Source: Mobula birostris (taxonomy: Eukaryota). From it: a stretch of 64,000 bases of DNA. The notes beneath the pieces are model-generated. The model did no database searches, was not told the DNA's origin, and worked only from the letters and a program-made list of their open reading frames with translations. Of the stretch, positions 1 to 13,289 are shown in pieces; the stretch's first letter is position 1; every line of letters starts with the position of its first letter. The stretch lies in assembly GCF_030028105.1 (NCBI RefSeq), contig NC_092382.1:59347764-59411763 (forward strand), written 5' to 3'. The translations under genes were made by a program, and so were the position numbers.

Positions 1-734
1 CCAACCAGCTTCTTGAACAGGAAGTGCAAAGGACATTACAGACATGAGCAGTGCACTGTACAGTTGGTACAGAGTTCGCATCATGGTTGCATAAGCAGCA
101 CAATCTTGTAACTCTCCAGTGAGGGAGGAAGCAATGGGTTGAAGGAGTGAGTAAGGAGAGAGGAAGATACTGAAGGAAGACATATGATCTAGGGTCCGTG
201 GGGCGATTACAGAGGACTGATGAGCAACAAAAAAGACTGTTGCATGATGAGCTTGACCAATGGGAATGGAGACAAGTATGTAGGTTCCCCATGAGCATGG
301 GTGTGGGGAGGTGCCACTCGGTCTGGTATGTGAGTGACCGGGATGAACAGAATGTCGTGCATTGAAATAAACTTGAAGTGAAATGAATGTACAGATGCTC
401 TGATTAATTGAGTGACTGGAGCATACAGAGTCAGATCTGAGTATCCCTGGATGTTGCATCCTCGAGGATTATACCGAAGAGACTGACGAACAGGCAAGGA
501 GTGAATCAGAGTGTGGATGGCGGGAATTGTCAAAGAGTGTTATAGCCATCTTTTGGACAGATGGAGCTGTTTTGGATGGGATGATAAGTCAGCTGAGTAG
601 GATACGGAATGCAATGACTAGTGTTTGGGTAGGTGCTGTATAACTTTACATGAAAGGGTGTGATAGGCATGTGTTGGTACGTGGGTGAGCAGGATGAACA
701 GAAGATCATACCTTCATATAAACATGCAGTGAAA

Positions 735-2229
735 TAGACAATAGATAATAGGTGCAGGAGTAGGCCATTCGGCCCTTCCAGCCAGCACCGCCATTCACTG
801 TGATCATGGCTGATCGTCCACAATCAGTATCCAGTTCCTGCCTTATCCCCATAACCTTTGATTCCACTATCTTTAAGAGCTCTATCCATCTCTTTCTTGA
901 AAGCATCCAGAGACTTGGCCTCCACAGCCTTCTGGGGCAGAGCATTCCATATATCCACCACTCTCTAGATGAAAAAAGTTTTTCCTCAACTCCGTTCTAA
1001 ATGGCCTACCCCTTATTCTTAAACTGTAGCCTCTGGTTCTGGACTCACCCATCAGCAGGAACATGCTTCCTGCCTCCAGCATGTTCAATCCCTTAATAAT
1101 CTTATATGTTTCAATAAGACCCCCTCTCAGCCTTCTAAATTCCGGAGTATACAAGCCCAGTTGCTCCAATCTTTTGACATATGACAGTCCCGCCATCATG
1201 GGAGTTAACCTTGTGAACCTACGCTGCACTTCCTCAATAGCAAGAATGTCCTTCCTCAAATTTGGAGACCAAAACTGTACACAGTACTCCAGGTGTGGTC
1301 TCACCAAGGCTCTGTACAACTGCAGAAGGACCTCTTTGCTCTTATACTCAATTACCTTTGTTATGAAGGCCAGCATGCCGTTAGCTTTCTTCACTGCCTG
1401 CTGTACTTGTATGCTTGCTTTCAGTAACTGATGTATAAGAACACCTAGATCTCGTTTTACTTCCCTTTTTCCTAACTTGACTCCATTTAGATAATAATCT
1501 GCCTTCCTGTTCTTACCACCAAAGTGGATAACTTCACATTTATCCACATTAAACTGCATCTGCCATGCATCTGCCCACTCACCCAACCTGTTCAAGTCAC
1601 CCTGCATTCTCATAACATCCTCCTCACATTTCACACTGCCACCCAGTTTTGTGTCATCGGCAAATTTGCTAACGTTACTTTTAATTCCCTCATCTAAATC
1701 ATTAATATATATTGTAAACAGCTAGGGTCCCAGCACTGAACCCTGCGGTACCCCATCACCTGCCATTCCGAAAGGGACCCGTTAATCGCTACTCTTTTTT
1801 TCTGTCAGCCAGCCAATTTTCAATCCATGTCAGTACTCTGCCCCCAATACCATGTGCCCTAATTTTGCCCACTAATCCCCTATGTGGGACTTTATCAAAA
1901 GCTTTCTGAAAGTCCAGGTACACTACATCCACTGGCTCTCCCTTGTCCATTTTCATAGTTACATCCTCAAAAAATTCCAGAAAATTAGTCAAGTACGATT
2001 TCCCCTTCATAAATCCATGCTGACTTGGACTGATCCTATTACTGCTATCCAGATGTGTCGTAATTTCATCTTTTATAATTGACTCCAGCATCTTTCCCAC
2101 CACCGACATCAGGCTAACCGGTCTATAATTCCCTGATTTCTCTCTTACTCCCTTTTGAAGAGAGTGACAACATTAGCCACCCTCCAATCCACAGGAACTG
2201 ATCCCGAATCTATAGAACATTGGAAAATG
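735..2229 (-). mobile_element. CR1-type LINE, 5'-truncated (RT and 3' end), inactive
   Basis: ORFs 1789-2109 and 882-1634 (VVYLDFQKAFDKVPH, WQMQFNVDKC, LYRALVRPHLEYCVQFWSP). The 3' tail reads 'atagacaatagataataggtgcaggagtaggccattcggcc' on the plus strand. The RT is broken by indels. Confidence 0.95.
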
Positions 2230-3111
2230 AACGTATGTATGCAGGGGATTATTGACTTACATAGAGCAGAGGGTCAGATATGAGTATCCCTGGATGTTGC
2301 ATCCTCGAGAATTGTTCTGAGTGATGAACGTACAGGTAAGGAGTGACTCAGGGTGGGTATGAATGGAAATTGTCAAAGAGAGTTCTAGCCATCACTTGGA
2401 AAGATGGAGATGATTTGTTTGGGACAGCTGAGTGAACCTCTGATTGGAGGAGTAAGTGGAATGCAGAGACTGGCGGTTGGGTGAGTGGTGTATAACTTCA
2501 CACTGCGGCTGTGATGGGCATTTTCTGGGGCGATGGAAGGTTGGTTTTGATGAATCCTGTAACTTCCACTATCACAAGCAAACTCAATACTTCCTCTCTG
2601 GCACTCACCATGTGTCCCTGATTTAAAACAGATTCAGGGTCTAATGGGAACGGTAGGGTACAGAGCAGGTCTTTGTCCACAGTCACGTAACCACCTACAG
2701 GAACATTTGTTAGCAGTAGGGGTTGTAGAGATGGAGCCTCCCAAAAGTCTCTGCAGTCGAGCTTCCTCTGGACTGTGTTACCGGAACTATAGAGAAGTTT
2801 CTTGGGCACTGAAAGATCTGAATGCAGATAAGTCCTCTGAAATAGTGTACCTGCAGAGTTCTGGAAGAGATAGCTGAAGAGACTGTGGAGGTATTTGTAA
2901 TGATCTTTTAAAAATCATTACATTCTGGAATGGTTCTGGAAGACTGGAAAACGACAAATGTCATGCCACTCTTCAAGAAGCTGGAGAGGTAGAACAAGGG
3001 AAACTATAGTCCAGTTATTCTGACCTCATTGGTTGGGAAGATGTTGGATGACCATATGTGTGGTTAATTGTCTCTTCCACTGTTCTCACCATGTATCCCT
3101 GTTTATTACAG

Positions 3112-3204
3112 ATCCAGCATCTGTACCAACTCGACAGGCAGAGGGGACAACACCTGAGCCAAGTGATGATTTGTCCCCGATCACAGACCCAGACACAAGC
3201 TCAG
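3112..3204 (+). pseudogene. Repeat exon copy 1, donor lost (GT>AT)
   Basis: ttacag|ATCCAGCATCTG...ACAAGCTCAG|atatca; 93 bp; DPASVPTRQAEGTTPEPSDDLSPITDPDTSS. Confidence 0.75.
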
Positions 3205-3854
3205 ATATCACTTGTGGAGATGTGTGTTTTACACAGACTTCCCGCTGAAATTATCAATGAAGGGATTCAATCAGAACACAGGGACTGACTGAGTTGTGTG
3301 ATGGAGTGGCTGAGGGAGATGGTTGACAGAGTGGGCGAGGGGAATGTGTGCTGAAATGGCTGAGTATGAGTGGTGTCGGAGGGTCAAATGGTGTTTGAAG
3401 AGACAGAGAGGGAAGGGTTGATAAGGGTGTGACCAATTGGAATGAACGCATATGTCAGTATTTCCAGCCTTGGGATTCAACTAGAATCCGGTGGCTGATT
3501 GAGAGGATATTGGTGATGGAATGACTGAAGGGGTGGGTGATGGAGAGACAAAGGTGGGTGGGTGACTGATGGCGGGGGTGGTGGAGTGACTGAGGGGTGT
3601 GGGTGACAAAGTAAACGAGTGAGATGGGTGACAGATGGTCCGAGGACAGAGGTGACTGGGATGGCAGCAAGGGTGTGGAGGAGATTTGGGAAAGTATTGA
3701 GGGAGCAAGTAAAACAGTGTTGCGTGGTGGGTCTAACCAATGGCAATGGACAAAAGTATGTAGGTTTTCAATGAGCACTGGGGGTGTCGGATGCCACTGG
3801 GCCCGGTACATGGGTGAGCAGGATGTCCAGAATGTTGTACTTTCCGATAAACGT

Positions 3855-4728
3855 TGTTACGTACCCCGTAACTGGGTTGCCAAACCAGCAGAAATGGATC
3901 ACTCAGTTGGAGTCTGGATTACTAGAACTAAGAAAGTTTTATTAAAGAAACAAGCAACACAGTACTCTAATCAAAACGATAATAAATGCAACAGTTCAGC
4001 AATGATAAACATACATGTACACAGAATTAAGATAACAGGATCAATCAAGCTCTATCGTTGTCTAGGGGTAAATGACCAGTTTCAAAGTGACGCAAAGTTC
4101 AGTTCAATTTAGTTCAGTTCAGTTCGCAGTAATCGCTGCCATGGGAGATGGACAGTGGGGGGGAAGGAGAGAGAGAGCAAAACGAATGAATATTCAAGGT
4201 TTCCAGACAGACCTTCATAGTCAGCTTTCGGGCGAGTCCTTTGTGATGTCATCTGAGGTCACCGACCGTGACCCCTCGGTTTCCAGATACGATCGTTTCT
4301 CTGCGGTGAACCTGGCACCCAGGCAAGGGTGGACACACATCAGGTTCCCGCCGATCGTGCCTTTCCACCCTGAGCGTCTATGGCTTGATCCCGTGACCAG
4401 CCGTCCAAAAACTTCCCACCGGTTTGTGAGAGACGCACCGCTTCCAGGGTCTTGTTACCTCGGGGTGTCGTGTGTGTGTCGCCTTAGCGAACCTGTCCCT
4501 TTTTATCCCCCTGCTGGGGTATCGCCTGTCCATCACTTCAAACAGTTCAGGGTTCAAAGGGGGAGCCGATCTTGACAGTTCTCCTTCCCCTTCATTAACA
4601 TCTCCAAATGCTGCTCCATTGTTTTCCTTATCTCTCTCTCTCCTGAAGACAGGTGGCAGACCGACTGCTGATCCCACTGGTGCCAGCACAGGACAGATAC
4701 ATCTTAATCTATGTGTATTCTTGTCACA
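3855..4728 (-). mobile_element. Solo LTR (874 bp), 4-bp TSD ACGT
   Basis: TGTTACG...TGTCACA termini with ACGT on both sides (3851-3854, 4729-4732). It interrupts the array unit at 'gataaacgt^gaagtgaa'. TTTATT near 3938 suggests minus orientation. Confidence 0.85.
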
Positions 4729-5327
4729 ACGTGAAGTGAAATTATAGAGTTACCATAGCACAGAGGCCTAGATATGAGTATCCCTGGGTGTTCTGTCCTC
4801 GAGAACTGTTCTGAGTGACTGACGTACAGGCAACGAGTGACACAGAGTGGGTATGGAGGAATATTGACAAAGAGCGTTATCACCATCACTTGGACAGATG
4901 GAAGTGAATTGTTTGGATTGACTTAGGACAGCTGAGCGGACCTCTCATTGGAGGAGCAAGTCCCTGTAGTGGAGCTTTGACTTTCTGTGTTACCAGAACT
5001 AGAGAGAAACCTCTTGGGAAACTGCAACGTCTGAATGAGTTTGGTCATCTGGACTAGATAGTGTACCCCCAGAGTTCTGGAAGAGGAGACTGAAGAGATT
5101 GTGGAATTATTTATAATGATCTTTCAAGATTCATTAGAATTTGGAATGTTTCTGAAAGACTGGAAAATTACAAATGTCACTCCACACCTCAAGAAGGTAG
5201 AGAGATAGAAGGAAGGAAACTAAAGGCCAGTTTTTCCAGCCACAGTGGTAGCGAAGATGTTGGAGGTCCAAATGGGTGGTCAATTGTCTGTTCCTATGTT
5301 CCCACTATGTACCCCTGTTTATTGCAT

Positions 5328-5413
5328 ATCCAACATCTGTACCAACTCCTCAAACTGAGTGGATAACTCTTAAACCAAGTGACAATTTGTCCATGATCAT
5401 GACACAAGCTCAG
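5328..5413 (+). pseudogene. Repeat exon copy 2, acceptor lost (AG>AT) plus 7-bp deletion
   Basis: ttgcat|ATCCAACATCTG...ACAAGCTCAG|gtataa; 86 bp instead of 93. Confidence 0.75.
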
Positions 5414-5845
5414 GTATAAGTTGTGGGGATCTGTTTTACATAGAATCCCCTTTGACATTATCGTCCAATGGTTTCAACGAGAATTCAGGATTGAGGGAAG
5501 ATGGGTGACTGAACAGCCGAGGGAGTCAGGAAATCGACACGAACATGTTGGTTTCCCGTGAGGAGTGGGGCTGGGGGAGGCCACTGGGCCTGGTACGTGC
5601 GTAAGCGGGAAGAAGGTCATGAATTCAGACGAACATAAAGTATTTGGGGATAATTGAGCGACCGTAGCAGATAGGGTCAATTCTGAATATCGTTGGTTGT
5701 TCCATCCTTGAGAATTATAGTGAGGTGGCTAATGTACAGGCAAAGAGTGACTCAGAGTGGGAAGAGAGAAATTGTCAAAAATTGTCAACATATTTTGGAA
5801 ACTTGGAAGTTGGGATGTCTTAGGACAACGGAGCAGACATTGGAG

Positions 5846-8443
5846 AACACTAAGGGGCAGAAAACGCTGGTTGGAGTTGTGTACAGGCCACCTAACAGTA
5901 GTAGTGAGGTCGGAGATGGTATTAAACAGGAAATTAGGAATGTGTGCAATAAAGGAACAGCAGTTATAATGGGTGACTTCAATTTACATGTAGATTGGGT
6001 GAACCAAATTGGTAAAGGTGCTGAGGAAGAGGATTTCTTGGAATGTATGCGGGATGGTTTTTTGAAATAACATGTCGAGGAACCAACTAGAGAGCAGGCT
6101 ATTCTAGACTGGGTTTTGAGCAATGAGGAAGGGTTAATTAGCGATATTGTCGTGAGAGGCCCCTTGGGTAAGAGTGATGATAATATGGTGGAATTCTTCA
6201 TTAAGATGGAGAGTGACATATTTAATTCAGAAACAAAGGTTCTGAACTTGAAGAGGGGTAACTTTGAAGGTATGAGACGTGAATTAGCTAAGATAGACTG
6301 GCAAATGACACTTAAAGAGTTGACAGTGGATATGCAATGGCAAGCATTTAAGGATTGCATGGATGAACTACAACAATTGTTCATCCCAATTTGGCAAAAG
6401 AATAAATCAAGGAAGGTAGTGCACCTGTGGCTGACAAGAGAAATTAGGGATAGTATCAATTCCAAAGAAGAAGCATACAAATTAGCCAGAAAAAGTGGCT
6501 CACCTGAGGACTGGGAGAAATTCAGAGTTCAGCAGAGGAGGGCAAAGGGCTTAATTAGGAAGGGGAAAAAAGATTATGAGAGAAAACTGGCAGGAAACAT
6601 AAAAACGGACTGTAAAAGCTTTTATAGATATGTTAAAAGGAAAAGACTGGTAAAGACAAATGTAGGTCCCCTGCAGACAGAAACAGGTGAATTGATTATG
6701 GGGAGCAAGGACATGGCAGACCAATTGAATAATTACTTTGGTTCTGTCTTCACTAAGGAGGACATAAGTAATCTTCCAGAAATAGTAGGGGACAGCAGGT
6801 CCAGTGAGATGGAGGAACTGAGTGAAATACATGTTAGTAGGGAAGTGGTGTTAGGTAAATTGAAGGGATTGAAGGCAGATAAATCCCCAGGGCCAGATGG
6901 TCTGCATCCCAGAGTGCTTAAGGAAGTAGCCCAAGAAATACTGGATGCATTAGTGATAACTTTTCAAAACTTGTTAGATTCTGGACTCGTTCCTGAGGAT
7001 TGGAGGGTGGCTAATGTAACCCCACTTTTTAAAAAAGGAGGGAGAGAGAAACCGGGGAATTATAGACCGGTTAGCCTAACGTCAGTGGTAGGGAAACTGC
7101 TGGAGTCAGTTATCAAAGATGAGATAACAGCACATTTGGAAAGCGGTGAAATCATCGGACAAAGTCAGTATGGATTTGTGAAAGGAAAATCATGTCTGAC
7201 GAATCTCATAGAATTTTTTGAGGATGTAACTAGTAGAGTGGATAGGGGAGAACCAGTGCTTTTGACAAGGTCCCACACAGGAGATTAGTGTGCAAACTTA
7301 AAGCACACGGTATTGGGGGTAAGGTATTGATGTGGATAGAGAATTGGTTAGCAGACAGGAAGCAAAGAGTGGGAATAAACGGGACCTTTTCAGAATGGCA
7401 GGCGGTGACTAGTGGGGTACCGCAAGGCTCAGTGCTGGGACCCCAGTTGTTTACAATATATATTAATGACTTGGATGAGGGAATTAAATGCAGCATCTCC
7501 AAGTTTGCGGATGACACGAAGCTGGGTGGCAGTGTTAGCTGTAAGGAGGATGCTAAGGGGATGCAGGGTGACTTGGATAGGTTGGGTGAGTGGGCAAATT
7601 CTTGGCAGATGCAATTTAATGTGGATAAATGTGAAGTTATCCACTTTGGTGGGAAAAATAGGAAAACAGATTATTATCTGAATGGTGGCCAATTAGGAAA
7701 AGGGGAGGTGCAACGAGACCTGGGTGTCATTATACACCAGTCATTGAAAGTGGGCATGCAGGTACAGCAGGCGGTGAAAAAGGCGAATGGTATGCTGGCA
7801 TTTATAGCGAGAGGATTCGAGTACAGGAGCAGGGAGGTACTACTGCAGTTGTACAAGGCCTTGGTGAGACCACAACTGGAGTATTGTGTGCAGTTTTGGT
7901 CCCCTAATCTGAGGAAAGACATCCTTGCCATAGAGGGAGTACAAAGAAGGTTCACCAGATTGATTCCTGGGATGGCAGGACTTTCATATGAAGAAAGACT
8001 GGATGAACTAGACTTGTACTCATTGGAATTTAGAAGATTGAGGGGGGATCTGATTGAAACGTATAAAATCCTAAAGGGATTGGACAGGCTAGATGCAGGA
8101 AGATTGTTCCCGATGTTGGGGAAGTCCAGAACGAGAGGTCATAGTTTGAGGATAAGGGGGAAGCCTTTTAGAACTGAGATTAGGAAAATCTTCTTCACAC
8201 AGAGAGTGGTGAATCTGTGGAATTCTCTGCCACAGGAAACAGTTGAGGCCAGTTCATTGGCTATATTTAAGAGGGAGTTAGATATGGCCCTTGTGGCTAC
8301 GGGGATCAGGGGGTATTTAGGGAAGGCTGGTGCAGGGTCCTGAGTTGGATGATCAGCCATGATCATAATAAATGGCGGTGCAGGCTCGAAGGGCCAAATG
8401 GCCTACTCCTGCACCTATTTTCCATGTTTCTATGTTTCTATGT
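5846..8443 (+). mobile_element. CR1-type LINE ORF2 (partial APE endonuclease plus RT), 5'-truncated and disrupted
   Basis: Motifs GVVYRPPNS, MGDFNLH, KSPGPDGLHPRVLKE, GVPQGSVLGP and FADDTKL. Stop at ~6068. A deletion at ~7258 removes DVVYLDFQK (present in the 735-2229 copy) and shifts the frame. The 3' end is 'gcctactcctgcacctatttt' plus an (ATGTTTCT)n tail. Confidence 0.97.
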
Positions 8444-9083
8444 GGAATGCAGTGATTCATGGTTGGATGAGTTCTGTTTAAGTTTCCATGACTGCTGTGG
8501 TGGGCATTCGCTTGTGAGATGGAAGGAAGGTTTCGGTGATTCCTGTCATCTCTCCTATCACAAACAGCTCAATACTTTCTCTCCTAAACTCATAAAGTGT
8601 CCCTGATTTAAAACAGATTCACGGTCGCTTGGGTGCAGTAGGGTTCAGGGCAGGTTTTTGTCATCAAACCCATAAATAACTACAGGTACATCTGTCAGTG
8701 TTAGGCATTGTAGAAATCAATCCTCATAGAAGTTTCTAGGGTGGAGCTTCGACCAGTCTGTGTTACCAGAACTAGATAGAGAAGATTTTTGGGAAACTGA
8801 AAGGTCTGAATGTAAATGAAACATCTGAATGAAATGGTGTAGCCCCCAGAGATCTGGAAGAGGAGGCTGAAGAGATTGTGGAGGCATTTGTAATGATTTT
8901 TCAAGAATCCCTAGATTCTGGAATGGTTCTGGAAGACTGGATGATTAGGAAGGGTGTGAGGAAGAAGGAAGGAAACTATCGGCCAGTTATTCTGATCTCA
9001 GTGGTTGGAAAGATGTTGGAGTCCCATATGGATGGCCAATTGTCTGTTCCTCTGTTCCCACCATGTACCCCTTTATATTACGG

Positions 9084-9176
9084 ATGCAGCATCAGAACCA
9101 ACTCCGCAACCTGAGGAGACAACCCATGAGACAAGCGATGATTTGTCCACAATCACAGACCCAGACACAAGCTCAG
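9084..9176 (+). pseudogene. Repeat exon copy 3, acceptor lost (AG>GG)
   Basis: ttacgg|ATGCAGCATCAG...ACAAGCTCAG|gtatca; 93 bp. Confidence 0.7.
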
Positions 9177-10497
9177 GTATCAGTTGCAGGGATGTGTTTT
9201 ACACAGCCTCATCCCTGAGACTGACATTGAAGGGATTCTACCAGAATCAAGAGACTGACTGAGGGGTGATGGGTGACAGAGTGACTGAGGGAGATGGGTG
9301 ATAGAGTGACTGAGGAGATGGGTGACAGAGTGACTAGGAAGATTAGTGCAAGAGTCACAGAGGGAGAAGGGCGACGAGTGACCAAGAGAGATGGGCAACC
9401 AAGTTACCGAGGGAGATGGGCGACGGAGTGACTGAGGGGAGAGGGGTGAGGAAACAATTAAGCGTGTAACATAACAAGTCTGACCAATTGGAATGGACAC
9501 AAATATCTAGGTATTCTGAGCTTTGGGTTTGGCGGAGACCACTGGGCCTGGTACATGGGTGAGCGGGACATGAACAAAATACCATACCTTCGTATAAACA
9601 TGAAGTGAAATGAATGTACAGATGCAGAGGATTATCTTACATAGCACAGAGGGTCAGATATGAGTATCCCTGGATGTGGCATCCTCAAGAATTGTTCTGA
9701 ATAACAGACGTACAGGCAAGGAGTGACTCAGAGTGGGTATGGAGGGAAATTGTCCAAGAGAGTTCTAGCCATCACTTGGAAAGACGAAAATGATTTGTGT
9801 GGGACGACTTAGGACAGCTGAGTGAATCTCTCATTGGAGCAGCATGTGGAGTACAGTGACTGGTGTTTGGGTGAGTGGTGTATAACCTTACATTGTGGCT
9901 ATGATTGACATTTGCTGGTGCGACGGAAAGTGGGCTTTGATTCCTGTAATCTCTACTATCACAAGTGAGCTCAATATTTCCTCTCCTGCACACACCATGA
10001 ATCCCTGATATAAAACAGGTTTAAGGTCTTTTGGAAACAATGGGGTATAGAACTGGTCTTTCTCACAATCCCATAACCATTTACAAGCACATTTGTCAGC
10101 GTAGGGTTTGTAGAAATGGAGCCTGGTAAGTCTCTATGGTGGTACTTTGAATGCCTGTGTTACCATAACTGGAGAGAAGCTTATTGGGAAACTGAAAGGT
10201 CTGAATGTAGATAAGTCACCTAAACTAGATAGTGTTCCCCCAGAGTTCAGGAAGAGTTGCTGAAGAGATTGTGGAGGTATTTGGAATGATCTTTCAAGAA
10301 TCATTAGTTTATGTAATGGTTCCAGAAGACTGGAAAATTACAAATGCCACGCCACTCTTCAAGAAGGTAGAGACGTAGAAGAAAGGAAACTATAGGCCAC
10401 TTAGTCTAACCTCAGCCGTTGGAAAGAATTTGGAGTTCCAATAGGGTGGTCAATTGTCTGTTCCTCGGTCCCCAGCACGTACCCCTGTTTATTACAG

Positions 10498-10590
10498 ATC
10501 CAACATCTACAACAACTACACAAACTGAGGGGACAAGTCCTGAGCCAAGCGATGATTTGTCCACCATCACGGACCCAGGTACAAGCTCAG
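10498..10590 (+). CDS. Mucin-like repeat exon copy 4 (DPTSTTTTQTEGTSPEPSDDLSTITDPGTSS)
   Basis: Pyrimidine tract, ttacag|...|gtatca, 93 bp, phase 1-1, open. Confidence 0.75.
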
Positions 10591-11004
10591 GTATCAGTTG
10601 TGGGGATGTGTTCTACACAGAATCGTCACTAAAATTATCATCGAATGTATTCAGCCAGAATCAAGTGACTGACTGAGGGGAGATGGGTGACAGTGTGGCA
10701 GAGGGGAGATGGGTGACATTGTGGCAGAGGGAGAAGGGGAGCGGAGTAGCTGAGGGATCTGTGTGACGGAGTGGCCAAGGGATATTGGTGACTGAGGTGC
10801 TGAGAACAGAGGGGTGTTGGAGGGCCAAGAAGGTGTGGGATAGATAGAGGGAAGAGTGTTAAGGAAGCAAGTAAAATAATGTTGCATGACGGGACTGACC
10901 AATATGAATTGACACAAATATCTAGGACTTCCGAGCAGTGGATGTTGGGGAGGCCACTGGAACCGATACGTGGAACAGCAGGATGAACAGAAGGTCATGT
11001 GTTG

Positions 11005-11881
11005 TGTTACGTACCTCATGGATATCTTGTGACTGTCTTATGACCATGATGTAATTGAATATCTGATGAGCATGAGGTTATGGTCTTGTGGAGGTCACAT
11101 GATGTAATTTTCCCACCGATGTGAGGTCACGTGATGAATTGTTCACCACAGGTATATAAGGGGAGACCCCTGGTGATGCAGTTCGTTTTTCCATTTCAGT
11201 TTTGTGTTTGTTACTCTGTATTGCTGCGTATCTGTCTTATGACACAGTACATTTTTAAACCAGAGTTTTACTTTCTATTTTAAGGTAGAACCTTTGTGCT
11301 GGCAGTTTCGACAATATCCACCAGGATGTTTTGTTTTAGTTTTACCTTTGCAGTTTAATATTGGAGAGTGAAGATCTTTATAAAAGTACAAACCTGAAGG
11401 ATTGAGAAAAGTTGGTGTCATTCAACAGTTTCATAAAGGATCAACCTTTATTGAATCTTTGTTGAAGAAAAAGTGACCTGCAACTGAGATATCCCCTGCT
11501 GAAATAGGAAGCATAGTGCCGTGTTGATTCTCCAGAGGAAAAGGCCAGTTCCTTTAAACTATTTTATTTCTGTCGTCGTGAATCCTGCGGACGAGGCAGG
11601 TTCCGGCTTGGATCAGCTGTAGTGTCACGTCTTTGAGGAATTCTTTACTTCAGGAAAGTCTCTCCTAATTGACTGCATAAATCTCTTGAACTTTTGAATT
11701 TACCACTTTAAGAACTGTTTTTGCACTTACCCTTTTAAGATCTGTTCCGGAGTTGCGTATAGCAGTTAACTTCCAGTTAATCGTTTGAATATGTTTTTGC
11801 TATTGTTGATCAGAGTTTAATAAATGTTTGTTTTTATAAAACCTGACTCAATTGATATGCATTGTTGCCGGTCATGTGACA
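11005..11881 (+). mobile_element. Solo LTR (877 bp), 4-bp TSD GTTG
   Basis: TGTTACG...TGTGACA termini with GTTG on both sides (11001-11004, 11882-11885). TATA-like 'gtatataag' at ~11152 and AATAAA at ~11819. Confidence 0.88.
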
Positions 11882-12746
11882 GTTGTGAGAAATCTGAAGT
11901 GAAATTAATGTATAGATGCTGGGACTAATTGTGTGACTGTAGCATATAGGGTCAGATCTGAGTATGCCTGGATGTTACGTATAAGACAATTGTTCTGGAG
12001 TGTCTGATGTACAGGCAGGATTGTCTCTCACTGTGAATGGAGGGAATTGTCAAAGAGCCATCTAGTAGAAAGATGGAGGTGATTTGTTATGGACAACTTA
12101 GTTCAGCTGTGCGGCCCTCTCATGCGAGGAGGATGTGGGGTTCACTGACTGGTGGATTGATGAGTGCTGTATAAGCTTACATGGTGGAGCACAATTTGGC
12201 CTGTGATGGCATGATTGAATGCTGATTTTGGTGATTCCTGTAGGTCATCCCATCACAAACTTGCTCAATACTTCATTTGCAACCCTCACTATGTGTCCCT
12301 GATTTTGTCCACAGTCCCAGGACCACCTACAGGAGCATTGTCAGTGGTAGGGGTACTAGCAATTGAGGCTGTCCCATGTGACTGTGGTGGAAATTTGAAT
12401 GTCTGTGTTTCCATAACAAGAGAGGATGCTTTTAGGAAACACAAAGACATGAGTGTAGATAAATCACCTGGATCAGATAGTGTACACCCCAGAGTTCTAG
12501 AAGAGGTGGCTGAAAAGATTATGCAGGCACTAATAATGATCTTTCAAGAATCACTGGATTTTATATGTTTCTGGAAGACAAGAAAATTACAGATATCATT
12601 CCACTCTTGAAGAAGGTAGCGAGGCAGAAAGAAGAAAACTATAGGCCTGTTATTCTAATCTCAGTGGTAGGAAAGATGTTGGAGTCCCAAACCAGTGGTC
12701 TATTGTCTATTCCTTTGTGCTCACCACGTACCCCTGTTTATTTCAG

Positions 12747-12839
12747 ATCCATCATCTGTACCAACTCCACAAACCGAGGGGACAACTGCTGAGCCAAGTG
12801 ATGATTTGTCCACAATCACGGACCAGGGTACAAGCTCAG
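12747..12839 (+). CDS. Mucin-like repeat exon copy 5 (DPSSVPTPQTEGTTAEPSDDLSTITDQGTSS)
   Basis: tttcag|...|gtatca, 93 bp, open. Confidence 0.75.
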
Positions 12840-13289
12840 GTATCAGTTGTGGGGATGTGTTGTACACAGACTGTTCTCTGAAATTATCATCCAATGGATT
12901 CAACCAGAATCAAGGGACTGACTGAGCGGAGATGGGTGATGGAGCGACCGAGAGGGACGGGCGACAGACGGACCAAGGAGAGACGGGTGTGGGATGGCTC
13001 AAATGATGTGGGAGAGACCGAGGGGAGAGTTGAGGGAGCAAGTAAAAGATGGGTCTGACCAATTGGGATGGGCTTGGGGTTTGCTGTGAACAATGGAAAT
13101 TGTGGAGTTCACTGTGCCCGGGTGAGTGGGATGGGTGACTGTAACATTCAATGGTAATGGAGGGCCCGAGGGAGATGGGTGACGGAGTGGCAGAGGGGAA
13201 TGGGTGATGGATTATCTGAAGGGGATATGTGTCAGAGTGACCAAGGGAGGTGGGTGACTGAGTGGTTGAGGGAGATGTGTGATGGAGTG

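Noticed and set aside
5846-8443. Active or domesticated reverse transcriptase gene
   Set aside because: 5'-truncated, with an in-frame stop and a frameshifting deletion in the RT. An ordinary dead CR1 copy.
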